The notes under the pieces are model-generated. The model searched no databases. It was given only the letters and a program-made list of their open reading frames with translations, and was not told the DNA's origin. This document shows positions 22,401-36,343 of a DNA stretch of 64,000 nucleotides, one piece after another (positions within the stretch are counted from its first letter, which is position 1; each line of letters starts with the position of its first letter). Source of the DNA: Ancylonema sp. (Eukaryota); assembly GCA_050230475.1 (NCBI GenBank), contig JBFLGF010000016.1, positions 62,001 through 126,000 of the forward strand, written 5' to 3'. Made by a program: the position numbers and the translations under genes.

Positions 22401-24631
22401 CCCCTCCAAAAAACGAGAAACAATAATATCGATTTTCCCAACAATTTACAAAATCAAACAAAAAAACTCTTATTTTTCAAACACCAACCCCACCATAGTT
22501 CTTCTATAACACTTGCACCGAGACAATTTTTGTCAACATGTCAACTTTGAGAGATTCATCGAAATCAACATGCCTAACACCGACATCGTGAACTTTATTC
22601 GTTGCAGAATCCTAGACTCGATGGCAAGGACTCTCTGGATTCCACCCAACCAGCACTCTAAAGTGAGGCAAATCCAATTGCCTAGAGTTGCACTCTAGGC
22701 AACCGCTCCAAATTTGCTTGTGCGCTCTTGCTTCTCAAGACGCACATACCCTTTGCAGCCAAAGGAGCGAAGATGATAGACTTTTGGAGTTAAACCACAC
22801 CACATCTCTTCTGGGGTCTTTGGAAGCCCGCTAACTTGGCATCAATTTTTGTTAGGATGACATTGTAAGTGCATGAAGTTTTTCATAGTAATTGATAGGG
22901 GTTACTAGTTGAGGGAGCAAAATTGGATCAGGACATCGATAGAACGAGAAAATCGACGATCAATTAGATATACATATAATCCGGCATCGATACAAATTGT
23001 CTAGTCACATTTTGAAGTAGTAACGTTTTGCGGGGAATAAATAAAGACAAGGATGACTAGACGTAGACCACATGTTGACTAGGATGGCGGTGCCGCAACT
23101 TCATGTGGCTCGCTAGGAAGTTATAGAAGATCTTGTACTCACAAGAGATAAAGCCGACTTGGCTGTAATCTCCAAATCAATTACTTCTACCATCTTGAAC
23201 TATTGCTAGCACAATCTGCTTGCACATTCTAGCAAGTGTTGTAATTCTTCTAAGTTTGCCCTGCATCGATCAACAACGCATCCAAAGAGTATTTAGAAGA
23301 GTTTCTGCCCACGTATAAGCAGAGGCGTTTCGTGCGACCCAAGACGCACAGGTCAGCTTTATCCTGCCATCAAAGACGCAGGTCAGCATTGTTCTGCCGC
23401 CGGAGAAGTAGAGGTCAACATTGAAAAGCGCCAACGTACAGGCCGCAAAACAAAAAAATTTAATTAAAAATAGACAAGTTGCAATGTTTTACAAGCATAG
23501 ACAAAAAATAATATTGCAAGCATGAGTGAAGTCAAACAATTTCTAAGGTAGGATGCTACGGAAATTACCTCGGCCCATAGACCAGGAGGGAGTTGCATGT
23601 GGTAAAGCATAGAACGAGCTATTTCTTGTAGCGTGCGATTCATGCGCTCCGTAATTGCCTTGAGGAGTATTCGGTGGAGTTGTCTCATGTCTGATCCCTC
23701 TATTTTTGTAAAAAAAATGTAGTTCTCAATCGATGAATTCTCCTCCGCGATTTGAACGCACATTTTTGAAAGGTCTCCCTACTTGCCGTTCCCATATTGC
23801 AATCTATTGCTTCACGCAAGGAGTTGCATCGTCTTTGTTCTTTGTCATTCATTTTGTCAAATCTTTATCGATGATATCGACAGATGTTCGCTTTTACTGA
23901 CCTCTATCTTTTTGTGGACAGGAATCACTCTCGCACTTATGCCGCTCTGTGGGCAGGAATCTCTTAATCGCACTTCTGCCTCTCGCTGGGCAGGAACTTC
24001 CACACTATGTTCCGGAGCTATCGATACACGGGATACATAGGGGAATTACGTAAAGCATTTAACAAGAGTGCAAGTGTATGCTAGGATGTCAATATGTTCA
24101 GAGTAATTGATGTAAGATATCGTAGCCGAGTAGGCTATATCTATTGTGAGTACAACAAACCGCAAGAATTTTCTAGCGTGCCGAATAAAGTTGCGGCGCT
24201 GCTATCCTAGTCATTTTGTAATTCCTCCTAGTCATCTTCTTTATTTATGTCCCATGCCCACCCCTTATATAATCTTGTCGATATATCTAAATGATCACTG
24301 GACATTTTCACTATTGTACAATGTCATGATGATGCGCCCTTTTTGTCTCTATCTATTTATTATTAATCTCCCATAGTTATTAATCCCCTAATAACTAATA
24401 TGCAAGTTTATCAACTTGATGCCTTTACAATTAGTATACCAACAATCTTCGCTGCGAAGAATCTCCATCTAGGAGTTGCGGCTAAATTCATCGACAATCA
24501 CCATGATGTAGACTCCGCCTCCGATCGACCCCGGATTGGAAGAATCCGCCAAGTCCACCAACACTCTTCTCAATCTGACTTGCTCCCTTGCACCAGCTTC
24601 TCGACGTGGATGAGGTTTGTCATGTGCCTTT

Positions 24632-26557
24632 TGTGAGAAATTATAAGTTTGTACAATAACCAAAGAAGTGAGTTGCATCAATGAGTGTGTTGTGTACATG
24701 GTGACTCAAGGTTAATTTTAGTGCAATAATCATTTGATTTGAAGTTGAAGTTAGGAAGATAATGATTTTACATGTATTACGTTTTGGGTGCAAGTTTGGG
24801 GTACAGACGGTAATTCGTCATAACTTTGAATTGATCGACACGCGTCATGCGTGGTCCAAATTGAACGACTTTAAGTGCGTTGTGTCTCATTTAAAAGGTT
24901 GCAAGTGGTGACATGAGTCGATACATTTTTGGACACGTTTGATGTTTTTTGGGGTAACGTGGCGACTTTACTAGTCACTAGTTGTGAGATAGTGACACGT
25001 AAGTGATACGAAAATATTCTTAGAGGTAAAATGCTGTCGATCCAAGCATTTGCATCACATCAGTTTTTTGTTGAGTTGTAAAAATACGTTTTGTGTCTTA
25101 AAATGTTACTATCTTTTTTAAAAACAATTCCTTGCAAAGAGTTCATGTCGAATTGATTGATGAATTCGGAGTTTGCACGGTTGAATGCTTGACTTTTTCA
25201 TACAGGAGAGTAGTGCAAGCTCATAATGTCATATGGTATCAGAAGCCCGAGTCCGAAGCCGAGCGGGAGCTAATGGGGTGCTACCCTTATCGTGAGGCGA
25301 TCGGTTCTCTCATGTACTTGATGACCGTGACTCGCCCCGACCTAGGGGCTGCCGTGAATGTTTTGAGCCGCTTTTCCCACGATCCAGGGATGGCACATTG
25401 GGAGGGGGTGAAGCGGGTACTTGGTTATGTGCACGGTAGTACAGACCTGGGGCTACTTTACCGGAAGGGGAGTCAAGTTCCACTTTGGTGGTATTATGAT
25501 GCTAGCCATGCTAGTAAGACCGAGGAGTTGAGGGGGCGAGGGGGTTATGTTTTCTTGAGTGGTGGTGCTGCTGTGAGTTGGAGGAGCTCGTTACTAGAGG
25601 TAGTGGCACACTCGAGTTGCGAGTCCGAGTGCGAACGAGGGGGTGTAAATAATACAGATGCAAGAGGAAATGGGTGTGGTGAATGAGAAGGGGACTCTGA
25701 TTGTGGGAGAAAATGAGTCGTGTCAGAAGTTGGCCAAGAACCCCGTGTTCCATCGACGTTCGAAACGTATATTGGTGAAGATCCATTCGGTGCGCCACCA
25801 CGTGAGGGATGGGAGAATTGAGTTGCAGCAGATTGAGACAAAAGCCATGGGGCAGATATGTTGACCAAGTGTGTGGCACCAGGGGCTCAAGGAGAATATG
25901 CGACTGGTAGGAATGAGTCGAGGTGGAGGTAAGATCGTTTGAGGTTGCACTAAAGTTATAGGAGGAAGAATGTGAAAAACTATGTACAACAACTAAAGAT
26001 TTGAGTTGCATCGATGAGTGTGTTGTGTAAATGGTGACTCAAGGATAATTTTAGTGAAATAATCATTTGATTTGGCTAGGAAAATAATGAATTTACAAGT
26101 GTTACGTTTAGAGTGCATATTACGGGTACAGACGGTAATTCGTGAGAACTTTGAATTGATCGACACGCGTCATGCGTGGTTCAAATTGAACGATTTCAAG
26201 TGCGTTGTGTTTCATTTAATTGGTTGCACATGGTGAGAGTATTTGATGATTTTTGGACACTTTTGATAAATTTCAAGGTAACGTGGCGACTTTACTAGTC
26301 ACTAGTTGTGAGATAGTGACACGCAAGTGATGCGTGGATATGCTTAGAGGTCAGGGGCTGTCGACCCAAGCATTTGCATCAGATCGGTTTTGTGTTGAGT
26401 TTTACTAAGACATTTTGTGTCTGAACATTTTACTACCTTTTTTAAGAACAATTCCTTGCAAGGAGTTCATGTCGAATTGATTGATGAATTCGGAGTTTGC
26501 ACGGTTGAATGCTTGACTTTTTCATTAAGGAGAGTAGTGCAAGTTCATAATGTCATA
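24632..26557 (+). mobile_element. Internally deleted Copia element with two LTRs (24632-25233 and 25971-26557), inserted in the integrase of the previous element
   Basis: PBS TGGTATCAGA at 25234 is fused directly to RT-C/RNase H (PYREAIGSLMYL...TRPDL, YYDAS, VSWRSS, NPVFHRRSKRI). PPT AGGAGGAAGAA precedes 25971. TSD ccttt / ccgtc, each one change from ccttc, which restores the host reading CKLG-K-AHDKP. Confidence 0.9.
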
Positions 26558-29128
26558 CCGTCCCTAGCTTGCAGCCCTTACAATTTTTCATATCGCCCAA
26601 AATTCCTGCCTCCAGTCCTCTCACAAGGTTCTCTCGTACCAATTTTTTTAGTTGTCTCTCATTTGCATGCCCAAATCTGGTGTGTAGGCGATTGATGTCG
26701 ACAACTACAAAAACGGCTTCTCCCTCGATTTGCCGTTGATGTCGAAGTGGAGTGCACATCAAGGTTTTTCGACCAGCCAATGTTTCTTACGGAGTGCAGA
26801 CTTGCTGCCCAGATTTGTTGTAGACAGGAATTATGCCACCTGCTTTTCCACTGCAAGTATACGACCATCCTGCTTCTCTTGCTTTCTGCCCGCTAAACAG
26901 ATTGATGCGCATGCCAGGAATGTATAGACACTTTTTAAGAGTTACACCACCACATTCTCCGTAAGTGTTCACATCCACTATTTCCCACTTCTTAACATGC
27001 ACTTTCCCAACGAGTTGATGCATGATTACCTCGTTAGGAATATCCTCAAGAGTATTAAAATGACAATTTTGCCCGCTGGAATGATGACTAGAACCGTCGT
27101 CAAAGAGCATTCCCTTTTTTTCTTCGTCATGGTTTGATACATTTCCTTCACAGACTTCAGCAACAATTGCCTCCCTATGCCCGCAGCTTTCATCGTCCTC
27201 AACCTCCCCAACAAAATAAAAAAATTTGACCTTCTCGCACCCCTCCTCGCTGCATGCGTGGAGCGTCATTTTGTTTGTCGAAACAGGTGAACTCCACAAG
27301 ACCGATTGCACCACAATATTTGCACTCCTCATCTTTTCTGGTGCAATTTTTTATGTTATGACGTGTCTCTCCACAAGTATAGCAAGAATGTCTTCCACCA
27401 GCTCTACTACTACCACCTCTTCCACCTCGTCCACCTCCACCCCCACGGTAATCACGAGAAATTGCTTTGCCACCACCTCTGCTACTGCGGCTGTCAACAG
27501 CACCACCTCAGCCTCGATTAGAAACGCTTTGTCGTGCAATCCATCTTGCATAGTTTGCTTCAGCTCCTAGTGCTTCAACATCTCTCACTGTCTGCTCTTT
27601 CTTGTCATCTAGCTCATCGATTCCCATCTGCCCTGAGATCCAACTAATTCCAAGTGCCTTTTTCCGCCCACAGTACAACCTTCAGCATTCCATACTCGAT
27701 TCTTGATATTTCAGCAAACAACGTCATCACTTGATCTTCTTGGCTGACTGAAAATTTGTAATGTATACACTCGGTAATGATCGAGAAAAAATGTGTCTTT
27801 ATGTCACGAACTGACAACTTCTCATCGACTTTGAACAAAATCGACTTTTCTTTTGCAATGTGTTGAAGTTATGGTGAAGCACACTCCCACTGGGCAATGT
27901 ACGTTTTACTTGATTAGTTATAAAAAGCATCCGGGACTCGAACCCAATGTCACGCTGAATCCAGATCTACACCAACTAAGAGTTCTCAGCACCACAGCGG
28001 CTGATATCCTGTAGGTCTGGCGTGAATGCCCTAAGGCAGAGTCCTTGATTGAATGCCCTAATTCAGTTGAAGGCGTTACACGCCCTCAGCTGACAGCGAT
28101 TGCCAATGTCACTGAACTGCTCCACGAGCTGAACTATCGATGCGGGCTCCTAGCCCGACATTGACGGTTTGACATTACGTCACTTGTCAGTTGGTCCGTC
28201 CGGTTAGACCGTACGTGCGGACAGGCATTCGAACCGTCGAAATGCCGAATAGAATATTGCCCGGCAATATCTATTATTAGATTAATAATCATTGCGGCGC
28301 GACCTTGCGCCAGATTAATAATACTCAAGTTGGCGCTGGCACCCAGCCAGTGACCCTCTCTATAAGCGAACCTGCTTATAGGCACAATCGATACTTAACC
28401 AAATATCGATGAGTAGCGGAATGTACAAAACGTGTACTGTCGATCCGTTACATATGGCGTCAATTCCAAAAAAAACTCTCTCCACATTGCTTTCGGATCG
28501 CGCTCATATTGTTTAAGAACAGTTGCGATGTCATCGCTTGTCTGACAAGCGACATCGGCAACATCACTGCCTTCTTCGATCTCTTGCGGAAGCTTTTCAC
28601 GTCAACAGAATACTGATACATTTCTGCTTCATTCGTCACCGAATTTTCATCATCATAGTTTGATGTAACCTCATTTGGTATCGTCTCTGTTCCCTTGCAT
28701 ATCTAAAGGCAATCTGCATCATCAAGAGTTACGGAGGCCTTAGATCTCCATGCTTGAAAGGGAACTTTGTCTTCGTCTAGGATGCAGTTGCGTGCTCTGA
28801 TACCACTGTGAGTGCTTTCTTTTGCGATGGATGCAAGAGTAGAGCACACTTCTCTTCGACTCCCAGGAATCAAGTATTCACGTCATTACAAGCATCGACA
28901 CAACAAAAGTGCAAACTTGAGGTAGAAAGTAATTATTGCAGAATTCTGCATGCAAGACTAGACCTAGTACAATCGAGTGTGATCGATGAAGTTACTTAGT
29001 CAAAGAATTACTGAGATCGAAACTACTCGGTCAACACCACTCATATCTAAGTATTATGCCACATCATCTATTCTTATTGACACTGTGCCAGATTGCCAAA
29101 CTTGTCGACACAATCATTGCAACATGTA

Positions 29129-29376
29129 CCGTAGTGGCCATACATAATGACCCGGGTTTTTTAAAAAACGAATTAATTTAGCTAAGACACCACCTCTTGA
29201 ACCAACCCGCGCACCCAATAGAAAATTGACTAAAACCCTGAAACATATTTATTATCTGGTGACCCACATTAAGAATGACCCACTTCTTCTTTAAAAAAAA
29301 AAAATCGAATTATTTAATTTGACCCGAACCACCCTTTTCATGATGATTTGCGGGTCATTATGTGTGGCCACTACGG
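29129..29376. mobile_element. Tc1/mariner-type MITE inside the Copia 5' LTR
   Basis: TIR CCGTAGTGGCCA(T/C)ACATAATGACCCG with a TA duplication. The empty site caacatgTActtcgg is present in the sister LTR at about 22265-22280. Confidence 0.93.
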
Positions 29377-30374
29377 TACTTCGGCTTGCATTTGCTGAAT
29401 ACCGAAAAAACTGAAGCTAAATTCCCGGAACCACAAAAATCGATAGAGCCACAAAAGTTCACGACCTCTAAGAACTAACATGCCAAACGACTAAAGGTAA
29501 TTCTGTTATTGAGGTTGTGCGCTGCTCAAGGTTGTCACACTTCTTTTGTCGTATTTATAATGATATTGCAACAGACATATCATGATCATGCAAAAAACTA
29601 TAAGGTTCTAGCCCCCACTTTCTTCACTAGTCAATCTCACATTTCGGAACTTTATCACATACAATTATGAATCAAATTACAATGTGGTAGCAGATAGAGG
29701 ATGAATGGTGCGCAAACCTACATTCATCCAATCCCTCCTGGAACCGGATCGGGCCACATCTGAATAAATACCAGATCGGATGATTCGTTCAATTGATCAA
29801 CAAGGGACCAAAGAGGGCTGAATGTCGTCCGAAAAGTGACAAGTTGTTTGTCATATCAGTCAATTCTATAATACCATTTTGATTTCTTTCCAACATATCG
29901 ATCCGGATCGGAATCGTTTTGGAGCAAATCCTATTCGGAACTGCTTGCTCTTCTTTTAGTCAACTTGGACCATAGTTAGGCCGGATTCCCGATCCCCGCT
30001 CCGAATCGGAGTCGGATCGGACCATATTAAGATCGGCTCCGTTTCTAAGATTCCTTAAAGAAATCAGGCCCAAGTTTGATCAACACCAACTTTGATGTAA
30101 GCATCACGTAATTGTACTTACAAAACAAAATTAAGAAGGAATATATATTAATTTCCAACAACTATTGTATAAGATGCAAACCATGACGCAATATCATATC
30201 ATAGGGACCAATCATTGCACAAGTTGTGCTACCTAGTCAACCTTCAATTGGTTAATGCGATGTTGCAAATTCTCATGCAAAATGAGATTTCATAGCACAC
30301 GAGATAATTCCGGCCAAATTTTGGAGAAATCCATATCAAAATCTTTTTTAGTGCAACTCTCAATATGGAGAGCA

Positions 30375-33300
30375 TCAAAGTTTGGCGAGCCATTGTTGAG
30401 CATCCACGACAGTCTCCGGAGATGCTTGAGCTTGCAATCCGAGGGGCGTCACTGTAATCTGTGTAAGGGCACATTTGAAGTTGGAAACGTGAGCGAAAAT
30501 CTATGAAATTGAAGATTGTGGAAGAGAAGGTCTACGTGCCGTGAAATGACTTTTCAGTTCTTAGAGACTCTCTGTTTTCTACAAGACTCGTCTCAAAGGA
30601 TCATATCAAAACTAGCAAATTCAGCTTTCCTTCCAATGAATCAACCCACTAGATATTCCATTTTTAATATGAATCTTTGTTTAACCACATCTTGTGAGTT
30701 CATAAACAAAGAGCACCTACTGCATAAATAAAATCACGATAAAGATTTCGTCCAAGACCCACATGCGCATCTGATCACAGCATCACATCTGAAGATATTG
30801 TAGCGTTAATGCACATCAAACCCTCCACCTCCCGGCTTGAATAAGCGACAAATATTCTGCTTCATTTTTGTGGGAGACCCAAGCAAGCTTAGTAGGAAGA
30901 TAGGATCCTACCCAGCCTTCCCCAAGCGCCACACTGTCCATATCCTCCTCTTCCTCCCCCAACTCTTCCTCCGTCATCTGGACAGCATCCAACTCAACCA
31001 ACCGCTCAGAGACTAGTTGCCTCTTCTGAGGTCATGTTGACAACAACATCATCAATGACATCATCATTGCCATCGAAACTTTCATGATCATGATCATGAT
31101 CACCATCACCATCAATAATATCATCATCATCATCATCATCATCATCACCATCAAAATTATCATCACCATCAACATTATCATCATCATCATCATCATCATC
31201 ACAATCATCATCACCATCAACATCATCAATTACGCAGCTACATGCCATGTGATTTGGAGCCTACTCTGTTCTCATATCTTAGTCTTCTGCCAATCGTTGG
31301 TTCGACATCCTCCACAGCCTCAGACTTGTCTACTTCTGCCCCTTGCCATCCCTGCCACAAAAACAACATCACACAGAGAAGTGGGAAAAAAAATTGTTGC
31401 GTCAGAAATGTATGTCCCTCATATCAGACCTCGTGACTCCATACCACCACCCGCTCTACAGAGAGAAAAAGGGCACAAGGCGAAGGGAAAAAGGCAAACA
31501 AAAATAGTTTAAATTAAAAAAGAAACCAAAAAAATATTAAAAAATGTGCAACACCACTCACTGCATAAGTAGCTGCCATCCCTAGAGAAGCCAAACTGGC
31601 CCCCGCCCCAGCCATCCCCAGCATGGCCACAGCCCCAGCCATCTGCGCACCCGACCTCTTCTTGGTAACTAGGACCCAGCGGGGAAGGAGGCGGTACGTG
31701 CCCTGACGAGTCAATTTGAACCCCTGAAGGCAATACGGAATGGACTCAGGCACCAACTCGACCGGCAATCTGTGACGATATCTATCTTATCTAGAATATG
31801 TCAGCCTCATGGCCCAGGGGTCAGGGTTCCGAAATACGAGAGAAGTAAGGTGAAGATGTAGACGACCAAATTGGAAAAGAAGATATTAAATGTTGGATGG
31901 AGGCAACGGCTTTGTGCTTGTTGTGCATATAGTGCCTGTATGATTCCTGTGTGTGGAAGATAATATCCTGTATATGAACATTTCCATCCGACTGCAGGTT
32001 TTCACCTAGAACCTGGTGTGTGTATTGATAATCTGTCAAGAGTAATTTCCGTCCTGATTATATGGGCAGGTTAACTACAAAAGAAGAGCATGATGCAACA
32101 ACAATAATACGTTGGTGAATCCAGGCCCGTTTGTTTACCTTAGCCTCCCGAGGCTTGCAGGGTATGTCAATACTTAGAAAGCAACCCTTTGGGAACACTC
32201 CCAGTTGCACATCTCTCAATGCGGATTGGATCAACGGCATGCACGCCAACGCAGCGGCATCAAAGTCTGTGTCGCGACTCACACCCTTCTGCCTGCAAAC
32301 GGTAAAGAGTTGGCAGAAATCAGACAGGAGTGGCATAGAGACCACACGGTCAGGGACGCGGCAGAGCCTCTGGTGTGCTTTTATAGAGGTGAGTGTCTAG
32401 CGAGCGGCGGCGTGTAACACGTGAGCATGCATGCGACTGGTGGACTCTTGCCGTCACTTTTTTTCCATTGATACCTATCCTTCAGTGGTAATTCATTCCT
32501 GCGTTTTTTGAGTTGATGAAGTTTTTATTCAGATTCAGCCCCAGACCATTTGCTTGGATTCAAAGAGTCCTTTGCTCTGACTGATCGTTCCTGAAAAGCA
32601 CATTTGAAGTCTATACGAGCTGACAACAAGCTAGCTGAAGGAATGATTAGATATAATAATGACCAAATGAACCAAACGGATAGGACCCCACCAGTCTAAT
32701 GAAATCGCCATTGATGGAATTCCGCTCATGTACCCTTCCCGAGCTCCTCCCACTGTGCCTGAATAAGTACTGCACACCACAGACACAGGCAAAAATTCAC
32801 AACATGATACAGAGGTCGCTGGAGGCTTGGTGCGTGACTGAATGTCAGTATGTGACTAAAGACCACCAGCTACAGTGTCAGCGCTACCTTAGCCAGCTGC
32901 TGTGTTGTGACTATATTGTTGTGCCATGGAGTAACAATTCAACAGGAGTGATGTACGGTTCTGACTGCCGTGCATGATGCGATCGTGGCGACATCATTGC
33001 GAGTTCCACTAGAAGTAGACACAATGTGGCAGGGAGCCGCCACATGACAGGCATCCGGTCATACTCTTCGGGATAACAAATGCAATGCAAGTCTCCGGTG
33101 CGGTGGCCCTGATATGTTTTCTGGGCTAGCTTACAACCATCGACTCTTTCTGCCCTTTTCCCATGGTTCAGAGACTACAGATGACATGAAAGGAAACCTG
33201 CATCATATGTAATGGCCTCAATGCAGTCGCCCATTGGCACACATGTGTATCCATAAAATAAATTTATTTTTGAAGTGTGCTGAATTGGCTCTCGGCCCAG

Positions 33301-34564
33301 ACAGGACATCCGCAGATAGACTATTCAGTAGTTCGAACAATGTTCCCTGATGTATGTTCTTATTGATTGCACCTTAATTACACCACTTCGTGTGTGCAGA
33401 GCTCTTACATGTGGTGTCCAATATTACTGCCTTTGTTGATGCCACTAATCACCTATAAACATAATCGGAAAACGTCAGAAGGGTTAGCACCACAGTGCAG
33501 AATCACAGAGAGTAGTGAGCTCAGCACACGTGCGACCATCATACAATCTTCAGCCCCATACTGCAAAAGTGGGCAGGAGCATACGAGCATGTCACTGCTG
33601 CATATAACAACAAAGTCGCTGCTACAACGGTGTATCACAACATCCTGGTCGCAGCGCATACACAGAATCTTTTTCTGGTATACGACCACACCGCACATTT
33701 CCTGAACGTAGATGGCACGAATTATGGAAATACAAAGTGAAAAATTGACATTTTGTTACAATCAGGTTGATTATTATGGCCTGACGTACCATGGTTGGTC
33801 TGGATTTGAACAGGTGAGAGGTCAGTGCCAATGCGACACAGTCAGCAGGCGTTCCTGCATAAATACAAGAAAAGAAACGGATTGACTTGCTTGCCACCAG
33901 AACGATCAGTAGAAATGACTTATCAAAACGATTGCGTATGTATCAACAACTGACAATGGCGTATCACTCCTCCTAGTTTACCCTTCCGCACAGCTTCTCA
34001 TTCAATCACTTTGTTGCACATACACAACAAACGTTCTGATCAACAATACTTATCCCGTGACTTAGGCCCCCCTGCCTGAAACTTGAAATGCAGTGGCTCC
34101 CGTGATTTCGACGCATTCAACTTCTACAGTGTCGCGGTAGGTTATGGAATGAGACGCAGCCGATTTTTCTCTGGGAAGAGCCAGTACAAAGCAGGCAAAT
34201 TCAGATCAGGTGTATGCTGACTGTTCCAACATGACCCACATCAATTTTGACGGCAGCGCACTTGACGTTATGAAGCCATGTATATTGAAACGCTGGTGGC
34301 GGTGCTGGTACTCGGACGGTCGCTCTGTATCATGAGCACTGATTCGAGTCCTGAAAGCTTGAGTTTCTTAAGAATCTCCAGCTGATACTAAGTACCGTGT
34401 GATCAGTAGTTTTGGGGCTTTTTTCCATCTTACTGATCAGGGGCACAAACCCAGACACCACATATGGTGCTCGCGACCAATGCTTCGGTTAATGCCTGAA
34501 TACCAGGGGCATTGATGCCATCGTCGTTTGTGAGGAGGATGCTGACACCATCGTGACCTTCCAT
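30375..34564 (-). CDS. surE: SurE-family 5'/3'-nucleotidase / phosphatase, 10 exons, about 321 aa
   Basis: Exons 34564-34434, 34170-34076, 33854-33790, 33452-33409, 32769-32692, 32292-32139, 31723-31562, 31351-31265, 30977-30912 and 30458-30375 join in phase (966 nt). Motifs ILLTNDDGINAPGI, VCAPD.EKSA.SHSIT, SGTPADCV, VISGINKGSN, YSGTVGGAREG and ITVTPL. Confidence 0.92.
31022..31229 (+). repeat. (CAT/ATC)n imperfect trinucleotide microsatellite in SurE intron 8
   Basis: Read directly from the sequence; lies between the modelled exons ending at 31265 and starting at 30977. Confidence 0.9.
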
Positions 34565-36343
34565 GACGCTTTCCCGAACTCTGCCCGTGTCCCGAAGAGC
34601 GCAATGTCAAAGTGGGTCCGGTTTTCGACCTGCTTCAAATACGGGACTAGTGCAGGCTAAAGGGCCACGAATTGATATTATAAGCCAGAGACGCAGCCCA
34701 ATGACTTCTCCGCAGTGCCGATTATCCTCGACGGATAACAGAGACAATGCGGAAAACAAATATTAGTTGAGGCAGGTTCTTGGGAGTTAGACGAGAACAA
34801 ATATATTACAAACTAGGATCTAGGCTTTACACTTCACGCATTTTATCTATAAGATAGAGAAAGAATCGTGATGGAAGTATAATGAAAAGACAACGAAGGA
34901 AAACCAAACACCTTAAACACCTAAATGTACAAGTAATGAATTGGCACACTCTAGGGGAACCGAGCTACAATTCGTAACTCCGCCTACGTGATAACTATAA
35001 GCATGTCCTTTGTATCCTTATCCCACCATGTACAAGGATCGTTGCAAAAAACTAGATTCACATATATCGTGAGAGAAATGTGCAAAAATGTGTCGCTCTA
35101 CCGAAGGACATGAGGGCGGGACATGCCTCCCGCTCGACGTCAATTGCTTGTGTTTGTGACGGGAACACATGCAGATTAAATTGGAGAAATGTATTGCTGT
35201 CATTCAGAGCGTCTTTAATATTGAGGGACGAATATACCACACAAAATAAAATAAAATATCGGTAAAATGAAAAGGAAGTGTGGATTCGAAAGTTGGTCCG
35301 TTTATGAGCTTGTTGAAAATGCATACCAATTATCATGCACGTGATCACCAAGTAAAAACCTTGTCTCTTTGTAATTAACAATTCAACAACTTAACAGCTT
35401 ACTTTGGAGTCAGACCTATAAAGCGATCGAACATTTTAGACGTAAAGGGTCACGTACTTTTTTTTTTTTTTTTTTTTTTTTGGGGAGGAGGACAAAAAAT
35501 ATATTCATATGTATGTGAAACAACATGTCGATGAATGAATTTATTTTGAAAATAGATGGCTTATCCTGAAAAGTCATCCGACGTGTATAAGTCGTGTCAT
35601 ACGTGAGATTGTAAATAGGGTTAGGCACCTTTGTGCCGACACTGCTCATGGAGTATCTAAGCCACTTTGAGGCTAGAACTCAATACCCACAGGTCGTCAC
35701 TGTCCCAATTCTATGCCTGCAATCGTGCTTTGCTTGCATGCAATCTTATGGAGTTTTTCATTGTTAAGTTATAGCTTGAATGCACTAGATCCGTTTCCCG
35801 AGCATGTCGAGAAATCAACACAGTCCCCACTATAACGTCCCCTTGGGGGATACGAGGGTCTACCCCAAGATGTCTGATCGGGCTGAGACAACCCATTGCC
35901 GGGTGTGCGGCATGCGCAACCAGGCGAAGAGGATGGACGTGTGCAACGATGGGTACCATGTCTCGTGTCGTACACCACCCCCGTTCAACGAGGGGTACCA
36001 TGTCTCGTGTAGTACACCACCCTTGGATGTAGTGCCAAAGAAAGAGTAAACATGTCCTAAACACTATATAAGATACTCTACCGAGGATTGGGAGTAATCA
36101 CAAAACCAATTCTCACGTCATGCATTGCACTTATTGTCTGATTCAATAGTGCACATGAAGTAGTAACCCATGGGTCATATGCATTGTCTGGACCAACGAT
36201 ATAAATGGGGGCAATGCCTTAGGGCCTTAGTGAATGCTTGAGGGCATTAGGGAATGCTTGAAGCTTGTGCCTGGTAAACGCTTGAGGGCATGCTTTAAGG
36301 CGTGGGGAGATGGTTATAATTTTAGGGGGGTATGCATTGTATT

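Larger units (their letters stand above)
21958..29480 (-). mobile_element. Decayed Copia element with nested insertions (5' LTR 28807-29480, 3' LTR 21958-22375)
   Basis: Two homologous TG..CA LTRs. PBS TGGTATCAGAGC (tRNA-iMet) at 28794-28805 and PPT at 22376-22385. gag pieces at 27500-28790, protease-like FDDGSSHH at about 27085-27108, pre-integrase LHTRFGH...CKGCKLG, integrase ERMNRTLQEIARSML...WAE and FGCKGYV. RT is absent. The outer flanks do not match as a TSD. Confidence 0.88.

Noticed and set aside
31006..31512. Poly-Asp, poly-Met and poly-Ile ORFs
   Set aside because: Products of the (CAT)n microsatellite inside SurE intron 8; the poly-Asp frame ends in a stop before the next exon.
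35942..36022. 42-bp tandem duplication within small ORFs
   Set aside because: Two-copy local duplication with no coding or structural support.
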